Part shown: positions 1 to 49,935 of the stretch, in pieces
How the letters are laid out: every line of letters starts with the position of its first letter
Numbering within the stretch: the first letter of the stretch is position 1
From: Tubiluchus corallicola
Taxonomy: Eukaryota; Animalia; Priapulida
Direction: 5' to 3'
DNA length: 64,000 nucleotides
Assembly (NCBI GenBank): GCA_030141605.1
Contig: JAQGDQ010000004.1
Coordinates: forward strand, 2,108,001 to 2,172,000
Position numbers and translations under genes: made by a program
Notes under the pieces: generated by a model
What the model was told of the DNA's origin: nothing
Database searches by the model: none
Seen by the model: the letters and a program-made list of their open reading frames with translations, nothing else

Positions 1-2636
1 TTTTACAGCTCTTTGGAAAGGGGAGGAGCTTGTCTACAAGATAGGGTCAGATCATAAATACCTTTGCCAGGACAAGTGACTACTAGTTAGTTACAGGTTC
101 CATTTCGAAGATTTCTCCCTTGAATAACTATGCAGCACTGTCGGTAACCTTTGCTTATCATGTGTATAACCTTGTAAGCTTCCTTCAATATGTAAATACA
201 TGTACATATATATCTGTCAATCTATATTATAAGTTAAACATCAAAAGGGTCAAAGAATTGCAGACAGACACTAAGTAGGGTATGCCTGCACTGTTGATTA
301 TAATTCTCTCTAATGAACAAATTATTTTTTGTGTTATTTTGCTAATCAATATTATAATTAATTACTTATATAGGCACGTTTTTGTGTGTTTGTCTGTTCG
401 TCTTTATTTTGTTTTTTCCTATAAAAAAATCAGTCTAACGTGTCTAGGATTGTTTGGCTTTAGTGGAGGTCTGGTAAGTGAATTTTAGTTTTACATATCT
501 TTCGTTATTATCTGTGCCATTTTTATCGTGCCTTATCTTCTCGTGCCATTTTTACCTACAATCGTCAAAATGAGGTGTGGTGAGGTGAGGTTCTGAAAAA
601 TTTTTAAAAGGGTAGAAAAGGGAATTTTAAAGTATGTCGCAAAGAATTGCCTATACACGCAGTTATATTATTTTACTTAGCACTACACTTACCTATTTGA
701 CAGTATGTAACTGAAATAGAAAATTCTTAATAATTTAAAGTGCTCTTAGATCTATTAAGTGACTCAAGGAACATGCTAAGTCATTTCCATATGAATTTCA
801 AAATTTGTTTTCAGATCAGTTGTGGTAAAGCACATTTGACGTCTAATTTTTTCGTTTTATCTATCTAGCCTACATTTTTCAGTGCATTGTTGTTTTTTAA
901 ATGTTTAAAAATCCTAATTTAAGCTTTATAGTTTACTTTCAAGTTTTTTTAGGCATAAACAAAATAATTTTAGCCTTGTTCTTCTCTAGGATGCCTTTCA
1001 GTTTAACAAGCAAGCATTAAAGCAATGATTTATTCTGTGAAAGCAGCACTCAACAGACATGCAGGTATGGATAAATGCAATTATCTAGATAGATTGAGTT
1101 AAGTCATTGAGGTTCTGCTGCATATTTTCATTTTTTCTGCTTGGGTGTTAAATAACTGCATTTCATTGGCTGATTACTTGCTTTGGCTTTACACTTAGAA
1201 AAGGAGTATTATATATAGAGAGAGAGAGCGAGGGAGCACCGGGTAGCTATTTCTTTAGCTCAGCAGAGAGTATTTGCAAGTCATAGAATCATACGAAGTG
1301 CCCTGCGTTGCGTTCCATCTGTGAATGACTCACATCGAAACCTGTGATTTGTGTGTGTTCCTGGACCTTCTTTTCCTGAAGGTGTGTGTTGGTAGAATAC
1401 TTTTGATAACCATGTGACCCCGATTGTTTCTGTCAGGTTTTCGTGAAGTTGTGAGAGACGTTGCTAAGCTGTTCACATGTGCGATCTTACTCTCAGAGAG
1501 AAGTTGAACAACAAGTTGTGAGAGAAGTCAGTACGTCACATGCATCATTTAAAGACTAAGTCTGTGGCTGCTACAGTTTGGACTGTAGCAAAATGCACTA
1601 AAACTTGTTACTAGCTACAAGCATGTCGCTGTGTTTTATCAGTTTTCATTTTTTCTTCTCACATCTGCCAATCTATCATCTGATCAGTTTCAATTTTGAT
1701 GTTCTGGCAGATAAACAATGAGTATCTGCAGATATTATCTTTCAGGAGGAAAAGGTCAAGCCACATGCAGGTTATGATCTTTGCAAGTTTGGAAGTAAAC
1801 TATTTTGCATGATATTGTTCTAACCCCAGAGCATAGTATATTTGCCTTTTCCTAGTGTGAAGTGTATATTGACATTTCTGTTCTCCTTTTTGATATCTAG
1901 AAGGTCACTGATACATATGTATTTACTCTTTTTACTATTTGTTTGTTTGTAACCTCAGAAGTGCTCTTGCAATATTTATCTGTGATAGTGAGATTTTATG
2001 ATGTTGAGAACTGTGCATTTATAGAATCGTACACAGTATTAAGTTTTTACTTGGTCACGATATAGATGTGGCATGCTTAAGTAGGAGCATTTTTCACTTG
2101 ATTATGAGATTTGGCTTTTAAGTTTGATTTGTGATAAGTGAGCTTTGGAATTTAAATTGGAGCTAATGTTACTAATGCAAAATCTCACAGTGAACTTAGA
2201 CCAGCTTGAAGATTATATTTTGATTTATATGTAGTATGTGATATATATATATATTTCTAGATTTATTGTCATATGCAATTATGTGTATTCTACGTAGGCC
2301 ATGGAAGTTAATTTACCATGTACATTAATATTTATGTGCTCAAAAGATAGTAGCAAAAAGTTAAATTGAATTTTTTGCTTTTGTATATAAAACTATCTGT
2401 AGTTTTAGGTACAATTTAGTGTAAGTGCGCGGTATGGAATCTTTGAATTTGTAATAGAGTGCTGGATTATGAAGAAGGTGCAAAATGAAAAAGATAATAT
2501 CAGGACATTGCCAGAAGAAAATCCTGACAACCTTTTTCAAAGTTATGCTTTTTGTTTATAATTCGTGGTACATCTTTCAGGTGAGTCACATCAACAACAG
2601 CTGAGAAGGTAAAAAGATGCTTCTACTCCCAGATAG

Positions 2637-32113
<29,477 letters not shown>

Positions 32114-33148
32114 CATCACATGTAACTTGTATGAAGATATGTTTTCTGCAGCTTGTTGACACAACGTCACGAATGTCATTAAGATAGAGATTGCATACTC
32201 ACCATTGTCCATTTATTAATTATTATTTTTTTGTTTGAAAATGTCAGTTCATTATTAGGTTTGCAGGATTCCAAAGAATACATCCTAGGTAATTTCAGTC
32301 AGTCGTTTAAACCGCAGGGTACCGCTATGTCATCATAAATTGCAATGCTGCAGCTCTATAAGAAACAGATGTTACGTACTGATGTAGTCTGCTTTCACTT
32401 GAACTTTTAGTGGCCTTGAAATTATACTATCTATAAATCATAAAAGCATGTGACAGCTAGCATTTGGAATTTATAATAAAGGTTTCATGCTGCTTGTATT
32501 GAGCAGAATAATTGAATGTGCAGCTCACTTAATTCTGTTGAGGATTTTGCCTTTTCAGAATTTTGTGTGAAGGCGATAAAAATAAAAAAACGACAATAAT
32601 AAAATAATATGTTCGTACAAATGCTGAACTTCTTCGTTGCTCAATGAGCTGTCTGTTGATTGCCATTTCCAAAATTATAATTGTTTGCTATTTTTGTGTT
32701 ACCAGCTCTTATGCACAGTGTGTATTATTTAAATTGATCAATAGAAAAATTTAAAATGGTAACTTGACATTAATTTTGCTTTAGAAATAGCTGCATTCAC
32801 TGTGCAAGTGAAATACGGGCGTAATTTTTAGCACAACAGACTGCTAGTATCCAAATCACAAAGCTGTTTGAAGCTTACTAATTTTATATACATTCTATTT
32901 ATGCTTTCTTAAACAATGTGTATTAGCAAATATATTAAACATGCTCAATATTAAATTTTTCAACACTGTATTTCATTTACAATCAAACAAGTGTCAAACT
33001 AAATATTCCTATTTTATTATTTGTATGTTCACATTTTTAGTCACTGATGTGTTTTGTGCAAACGTGTTATAATTTAGTATTGGACTTGTTTGATACAAAA
33101 AATGTTCAATAAATAAACCTTATCATATTTCGAGTATGTAATACTGTA

Positions 33149-33676
33149 CAGTGGTGGCTCGTAGCTAAAATTAGTGGGGTGCTGCAAAATTGAAATTTTT
33201 TTTAGCCATTAATTAATTGTTTTAACACTGTGTAAAACAAAGCAAACATGTCTAATTTTAATGTTGTAATTGTAATTTTACACAAAGAAACTAATTTATA
33301 CATAAACTTGGTAAACTTCTAAACAAAAAATATTGTTTTCTTAGGAGTAGCCTAAAATGTCGCAGTTCAAGTATTTGCCGATACAAGGCTTTTAAACACG
33401 TGACAACTGACAATACATACTGCGTGACCGACAGTACTCTTTCTATCTAAAGTACAGGATGTTATCTCAGACATGTGTGCATGGCCACATGTGCACAACA
33501 GCCAAACACTACGCTGCTGGGCTGTGAAGCATACAGTACTTCCCTCACGTGCTCCGGTTCCACAAATGTATAAAGACAGAACTAAAGAAAAGACTTATTA
33601 TATTGAATATTATCAATAATAATGAGTGAAAACGGGTTGCAGCAGTACCACAGTACCTGTACACGAGCTTCCACTG
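33149..33676. mobile_element. hAT-like MITE
   Basis: TIRs cagtggtggctcgt / acgagcttccactg; imperfect 8-bp TSD atactgta / atcttgta. Confidence 0.7.
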
Positions 33677-35998
33677 ATCTTGTACGTGTATAATATTTAA
33701 GTAGAGCTACGTATAGCTTTGCATGTTACATATTACTTCATGATTTTTTAAAATCTATAATGCACAATAAGCAGTATTGTTTTTGTGTTATCTGGGTTTG
33801 TAGTTGAAAAGTAATTATAGTACGTCTATTTAATTATTGTACGTCAAATATATACTTTCATTATTGTTGTTTATTGTACATAGTTCAGAAACATAAAAAC
33901 CAAAAATTTTCTGGAATACGTTGCCTATTTTAAATGTATTACAGACTGCCAAAATACATTCTTAAATAATTTTTGCTCCATTAGGCTTAATCTGTGATTA
34001 TTGCAAATTATAAGGATTAATGTTAAACTTGTGAACTGTACCATGATGCCATGGTAAAATACTTACCAACGTTAGCCTCGGTAAAACTTGGTAAAGGTGC
34101 TCAATAATTGTCTGCATCAAGACAGTGATATTATAAACTTGTATGAATGTGATATGCACACCATATTTGAAATGTGTGTTAGTCATAATAATTAGAGTAA
34201 GCTTTACCAAATAATGTTTCAAAATTGAACGTGATTCAGAAAATTGCTGAAATTCTCTTCAAGGGATAGCGACAATCTGTGATTTTTAAATAATTTTTCA
34301 GTTAATTATAATAAATAATGTTGAAACATTATACAAAAGCGAAGTATAATATTATTATCATTTTTATTTTAACATTTTTACTAATTTATGTAAGGAAAAC
34401 AAGCATTATTCTTGATCTGCTTTATTACAGAAACACTTGACTTTAGTGTTTTCAGATTCGCACAAAAATTTGAAATAATAACTTTCACTTGTATCATACA
34501 GTGTTTTAAAAATATACTGAACATACTTGTTTTGCTGCAGGTTATTCAATAACTTAAACAATGAAACTTAAGCAAATAATAATTATCAGAGGGTGAATTT
34601 AACACAAAAAAGAGAAACAATTAACAAAGATGCAATACAAGACCAGTTAGCAAATGTCATATAGACTAGATAACTGACAGGAAATGATTGCCCCCAACGT
34701 ATAGAGGAAACAAAAAGAACAGATAAAAAAACCACGAAAGACCACAATAATGAACACACTACGTACACTTGACTTAATAGGTACAAACTGCCTAATAGGT
34801 AGATGCCCTTATTTGCATCTGTTTCGGCTACAAACTAATAAGAGTATGATTCCTGTGGGAATGGTGACGTGAGGCATTTCTTTAAGAACTTCGTTGATTT
34901 TTGACTTGTGACAATAAGGGGTGGAACGAATTTTAAAAAACATTAAATAAGAAGTAATATAATGATTAAAACATTAAAAAATATATTTATCTCTACTTGT
35001 GATTAGTTTTAAAGGAAACCGGATGATTGTGTAAACATTAGTTCAGAATAAAGAATGTATATTGAAAACTGCATTAGCTTTTTTTAAATCAAACCTTAGA
35101 TTAAATAATAATTACCTCAGATACTCAAATTTCGTTAAACTTTCAAAGCTACGCGCGGCTCAGTGAATCTACTAAGATTGGCAGCGGCGCCTTTTTGTCA
35201 CATTTTGGCCGACAAATAGAAGGCGGTACCGTGATAAGCATGATCATGAACTGCAGTGTTAGTTTCTGATGTCATATGATGTAAAGCCCATTTTTCGTGA
35301 CATCATGCGTTTAAACAGTACTGTAACACTTATGCAAATATACTTGATAAGACGCCTGCCATTGCACAAACTGTGGTTAGTTTCTGACGTAAGCAATAGC
35401 TGTGTACGGTTGCCGTTAATTAAGTTTCTAAGTTAATCATTCAAATATAAGGAACAATTGTTAACTTTTATAGGCAAGAAAATGTATATTTTGGACAGTA
35501 AATTAAAATGAGATTGAGTCTAAACAATCGTCTGGTCTTCCTTTAAGTATGACAGGGCTATCATTTTCTGGTATCCTGTATACAATAAACTTTTCAACAA
35601 CATATTTTCACATTCAGGTTAGTAACAAAAAAGCACATGTAATGATGTGGCAATCAATGCAGCAAAAGTCAACTCTAAATTTTGAATGCTTAACACTAAG
35701 TTTTTTGTAAGCAATTAATTTAAATACTTGCAGTTTTCACACTTATAAAAAGCCTGAAAAATGACGGATAATGAGAGACATCTGTACTGACTGCATTCGC
35801 TACCTAATATAAAAAAGATGCCATTTGTCAGAATATGTCCTATAGACTACAGTAATAAAAGAAGAGAATTTCCACTTAACGAAAACAATTTTACCTTTGA
35901 ATATCAGCAGATGGGAATAAAGTTCAAACTCACTATTCACTGCAGAAAGATTTATTTACAAAAGAGATAGCAAGAAATCAAAAGGCAACACTTTTTCT

Positions 35999-44493
<8,495 letters not shown>

Positions 44494-45809
44494 TGTCGTC
44501 TCTGCCAACGTATCTTACTATAAGTTGCTCCTACGAAGATAAAAAAATATACAACAAATTTAACAAACTACACAGGTGCTAGTTTAAATTTGGAGACACA
44601 TCTGAAATGCTTTGCCAGTTTACAAATTTATTAATGTGTTTGGCAATTTATCAACCCAGAAATTTTCTAATTTAATCTTGTCTAACTTGACTAAATATTA
44701 AAGTAGTGTTCATCATTATGTCTCATAAAAATTAAAATTAATCATGTCAAATGACGGGGGTCTGAGTCTCTTTTAATTTCTTCATCAGCAATGCTGATGC
44801 TGGCCAGTTATTGGTTCGTAACTGTCCGAGTTCAATACTCGCTCTGTGCAGTTCATTTCCATATTGATTCTGGCTGTTAGTGTTTACATCGTAGCAGAAG
44901 GCATTCATTTCCGAATGTGACTAAGACACATAAAGTTGCAACAGCCTGCTATTGTATTTCGTTTTTTTCATTACTAGTTGGCACTAGCCAAAACTACGTT
45001 TACAGGACACTACATATAGTCTTCTGCAATAGCAAAGGTGCTTTGGTTGTTAAATTTTCAAGTCAATCAATAGCTGCGCAAGCCATACTTTGACTTTTGG
45101 AAAAAATTAAACTTTAAACACGAAATAAACAAGGAAACATGAATTCTTCAATTACTGGGTAGCTCTTCTTTTATTTAACATAGCAGACTTGACAGTACCT
45201 CACATTCCACGTCTTTTTGGATGGAAACACAGTTTGTTCTACACGAATGTTTTTCAAGTGGAATCCAAAGAAAGAATTTTACATGAGATGTGTTTTATCA
45301 AGACACTATGTCTATGTCTATGTCAAGATTGTTGGAAAAACTAATCTATTCATTAAAGCTGTATGGAATTGGAAGGAGTAAGAGGACTGCGTAGTGAAGA
45401 GGGCAAGGGAACAGGTCTCACTAGTCACCAGTGACAACAAGTTACCCCTTTTCCCTTATTGGGTGTCATGTAAAGTAGCACTTTGTAACAGTAATGTAAC
45501 AGCATTGAGGTTTTTCTGAATTGCTGTTAAGTTATGTTTGAAGAAGTGCGGCGTTAGTAACGTTCGATTTTACAAACGTAAAAACTAGGTACCCGGTAAT
45601 TAGCTACTGCCGATTCTAACATAATGAAAACAGAGGAAATCTTGTCACACATGTTAAAGTGAAGATTATGAAACTTATTAATATAATACTTACTAGACTA
45701 CACAATATTCGTGGTCATCACCGAATACCTGTTTTTAGCTTATAAATTCATAGCAATAACACAAATCTTTTGACTAGCTTCGCAACACACAAGTCGCGTG
45801 ACAGTTGTT

Positions 45810-47895
45810 TTACCTATGCCAAAAACCGGTTCAGGGAATAATTACAATCCGGACAATACTGGCAAATTTGGGAAGGGTGAAGTTAACAACAATGTGGAAT
45901 ATCTATTAGATCTTGCACAACTAAATGAAAATACTAAATAGTCAATAACATGCACAACTTTTGATCATAAGATGGCTTATAGGACCACATGGGAAGCTAC
46001 AGCTAGATAGAAATAAAACCTGTTAGAAACCAGATTGACTATATTACAGTTACCAAAGTAGTGTAAATGATGTAAGATCATACAGCGGCACTGAAACGTT
46101 TTCAGACCACAGACTAGTAATTGCAAAGTTTAAAGTAAACAGGCAGTTGGCAACCCTGGCAAAGGACAACATATCCGGGCAATTTCAGTGTGGCAAGTTG
46201 AACAAATTAATCAAGATATTAAAATTAAATATCAAGAGAAAGTTGAGCATTATTTCAAGGAAATCACACAAGCCAATGGCACAAGAGCAATCAGATAACA
46301 TTGTTAATGCATGCACACAGACATCAAAGGAAGGTTTGAATTATTCTACAAACGGAACCAAGAATATCTTTGGCAATGAACAAGATGACAAATTATCAGC
46401 TGAACAGAGAGAAATTAGGTTGAAGCGCAATGCAGCTAAAGACATGAAGCTTAGACAGAAATTCTAAAAGTTAAACAATTGAAGCTAAAAGATGTGGTCC
46501 GCCAGGCTAAAGAAGAATAATCATTGAAAGATATGGCAGAAATTGAAAACAGCAAAGATGACTCTAGTAGGATGTATAAAGCAGTCCAGAAAATCAATAG
46601 AAAAAAACCAAAAGGCACTGATGAATGATGATGGCGAAAGGCAAAGTTGAAAATGATGATGGGGTTATTGCTAATGAACTAAAAACATCAAAAATTATAA
46701 TTACATTTTTTGCAAGGGTTTACAAAGACAATAAAGCAAACAACATTCTGGAGATTAAACCAATGGCAATGGAATCACCTTTTAATTGTTCTCGAAGAAG
46801 TTTTAAAGGCAATAAAATCTTTAAAGAATGGAAAAAGTCCAAGTATAGATAACAGCTAAAGCATGGACCAGAGATCATCAACACTGGAATATCAAATTTG
46901 CTGAAGATTATTGCTGAAACAGGAAACTATCCAAAAGAATTTATGTGGGGGATATTAGTGCCTACTTCAAAACCTCAAAAGAAGAAAGAGCCAGATCAAA
47001 ACTCCTCCAAATGACGATCATGATTACGATACCACTGTCTGTGATACCTTCCACAACATGTGTTCTGGACCACTCCTACCCTGTTTTGGAATCCTATGAA
47101 CCATTCCTTGTTGATCAACAATATACTGAAGGCATAGGCTGGATTAATGTATCGAATTTTCAAAATAACATAATAAAAATGGATTTTCTAAAAAGAACTA
47201 GAGAAAAAATATTCAAGTAAACCAGTCAAAAACGACAGAATATATTATTGCAAGAGATGGTAATCAATCTTGGAAAAAGTGCGAGTATATGGGCACTCGT
47301 CTAAACATCGAAGACGATATTAAAAGCACAAAGCAACAAGCAATGCATTCTTTTCTTCAACGTAAGAATGTATTAACTATCAAGAAATTAGGTCTTAACA
47401 TAAAACTTCGATGATTTAATGTTTACCTTACCAGCATATTTACGTACATCGGTGAAACATGGGATTTAACAATTACTCAAGAAAAGCAGATTGACACATT
47501 TAATAGAAGTCTTCTAAGGAAAGTTTAAAGATACGATGGCCATGCATAAAAAATGAAGATTTATACACTAGAACGAAAGAAATTCATTGGAGTTTGAAAA
47601 TCAAGATCTGAAGGTTAAGATAACTAGGATACCTTTTAAAATTACCAAGTAAAGCACCAGTAAGAATCGCCTTAAAGCAAGCCTTAAAACCTTGCAAAAA
47701 ACTACCTGGTAAACAAAAAAAACATCTTGATAGCTAAGATAAATAAAGATGTTCAACAACTTCAATCAAATCTATCTTTAAGAGTAGAAGAAACTTACGC
47801 TGTTAGCTGCAGATAGGAGTGGGTGGAATACTCTAATAAACGTTAATGTCTCAATGTTTACAATAGGTGCAACAAGACCTTGAAGAAAAGAGAAA
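45810..47895 (+). mobile_element. Decayed RTE-like LINE (APE endonuclease C-terminus, partial RT, C-terminal region)
   Basis: Interrupted translation: GKFGKGEVNNN..., TTFDHKMAYRTTW, RNQIDYI, DVRSYSGTETFSDHRLV (APE SDH motif), later YIGETWDLT...QIDTFNRSLLRK and PVRIALKQALKP; many stops and frameshifts; GAA-rich tail at about 47881. Confidence 0.85.
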
Positions 47896-48439
47896 AACCT
47901 TGTTCTGTTGTGCTTCTTATTAACGTATTTTTACCAGTAAGTTAGTTGAACTCAGTTCTATAGACTGAACTTAACACCTATATCAAATTAAGTTTAGTCT
48001 ATAAAACTGAGTCTCTTTCAACAAACTTACTGCGTAGTAAAAAATACGTTACCAGTTTGATAAATTTAATTACTTATTTATCAGCAAATCCAGTATGTTT
48101 TCACGCAAATCGCCCAAGCAAGGCTAATCACTAATCTTGAAATCTTGAAAATAGTTAAACACACAATCGACGGTTCCTCTATTGATGTAAACCCTACAGT
48201 GGAAAATTGAAAATGTGAATGCAAGCCTATAGAAAAATGAAATTTTAATGTTGAATTTTTCAATGGTAGGAGTTATAGGCATCTGTTAAGAAATGTACCG
48301 GCCTAAAGGAACTTGAAAATGATTTCGAAAGTTAGGTAACCCCTAATGCCTATATTAACAATGGAATAGCCTTGACAGAATTCAATCGCTAGACTAAAAG
48401 GCTATAATTTTTTATTAAAATATACATTAATAATATATA

Positions 48440-48700
48440 ATTATTCTTAAACCTCTTGTACTTATGGAATTATAATCATTTAACCACCATCAAAATAATG
48501 ACCATGCACAATAACAGCTGACCGTGCTATAAGGATGTACGTACGCGCACTTCCGAAAAAAGTTGTCTGATCATATATAATGAGGAACCAGAATAACAGC
48601 ACAGTATTTTGACAATGCGATAAAAAACTGCCCATTTTGTGGTTAAACTCACAAATCGCCCTCTCTGTGGCGCTAAAATCCCATTCCAAAATGTTTCTGT
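48440..48700 (-). promoter_or_regulatory. Candidate CSN1 promoter and non-coding first exon
   Basis: CpG-retaining patch with an ETS-type gcacttccg (about 48547) and a minus-strand donor gag|gtttaa at about 48452. The CSN1 ATG exon has an upstream acceptor (ttcgtag| at about 44531), which suggests a 5' UTR exon further upstream. Confidence 0.35.
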
Positions 48701-49935
48701 GTTTTTCATGCGATGTTGTTCCACGAAGATCGTTGGCCAGAAATCTATTCAGCTAACACACATTCAAACGAAGTAGAAAACATCATCTTTTTGGCGGAGG
48801 CAAAAAAATTGAAGTAGATTGGAAACCTAAACCAGGTGATCATCTTGACTCCCAGAGTGTAGCTCTAGTGCAATAAGTGCAGTGTTATTTTGGTAACAGA
48901 AATTTTTCAGTGTTAATATTAATAGACCGAAAAATTTAATAACTGGCGGAATAACTAAGGAGGAAATGAGACTCTGTATATAATAATTGCCATCTTTCTA
49001 ATTAACAAATGTAAATTGCAGTTCTTCAAATATGTGATGTAGTCAAAAGGTTGGCCATAGGAACATATAGTGCAATAACAAAATTTATTGGTATACAGTA
49101 ATACCAAAATATAGGGACCACAGAAAGTAGGAATATTCAACTTAATATCCAATTTCTTTATATTCAGTGGAAGAGCGGCACGCTATTTTGCTACCGGTGT
49201 GATTTGATTGTATGTTATCTGTAAGGTGGTAAATGGGATATATGTAAAATGTCACATATTGATAGCAACCCTTGAAATTCATAATTTTTTATTGTAAAAT
49301 GATAAGAGCTTATCAAGATCTATTATTCACATTTGCAAGTTACATGCGTTTCAGAAGATATTAAAGCGTCCAATTCATAAAGTCTTTATGCTATAAATCT
49401 TCGGACCGACTCGACTCAACGTAAAAATGTTATGAATGTTTAAGACATCTGAACGATCCGAACTTGCCCAGTTGTCAAACGTTCTACTTTAGTGACGTAG
49501 CATACATCGTAGCGGTTCAAATACGCTCGTTAAGTCGCTATAGGCCACATCCCGGGGAAGCTATGGCAAACCCATCTCAAAGCAACAACGTGCAGTTTTT
49601 TTATTTCGGGATAACAAAAGCCTGAATCCACTCATCCGGTATTCGGTGTCGATGTTTGGGCCGAGATCCGAGACAAGGCTCATTATTATCAAGGATAAGC
49701 GTCTAAGATGTGATCCAGGACAGGTAGAGGTGTCTTAGTCAAACATTTGGATTGTACATCCTCCTCAAGCCAGAATCAGTACGGCGACTGAAACTTCAAA
49801 CTCCCAGTGTGAATATTAGACCCAAATCAGAATCGGCATTCGCCAAGCACATACCGTGATCATGGCTATTCTATTCGCCATCTTGCCAGTAAGATCTTTT
49901 CTTACAAGTAAAATCAGGACCCAAACGGGCGAAAT

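Noticed and set aside
34586-34786. 66-aa hydrophobic ORF as a membrane protein
   Set aside because: TTG start with an in-frame stop shortly upstream; hydrophobicity is explained by T-rich composition; no recognisable family
35040-35160. Spliced-leader RNA gene (...TTTGAGTATCTGAG|GTAATT on -)
   Set aside because: No Sm-binding site or stem-loops downstream of the donor, and only one copy in the window
46147-47220. ORFs 46147, 46625 and 46945 as host genes
   Set aside because: Frameshifted pieces of the decayed RTE-like LINE
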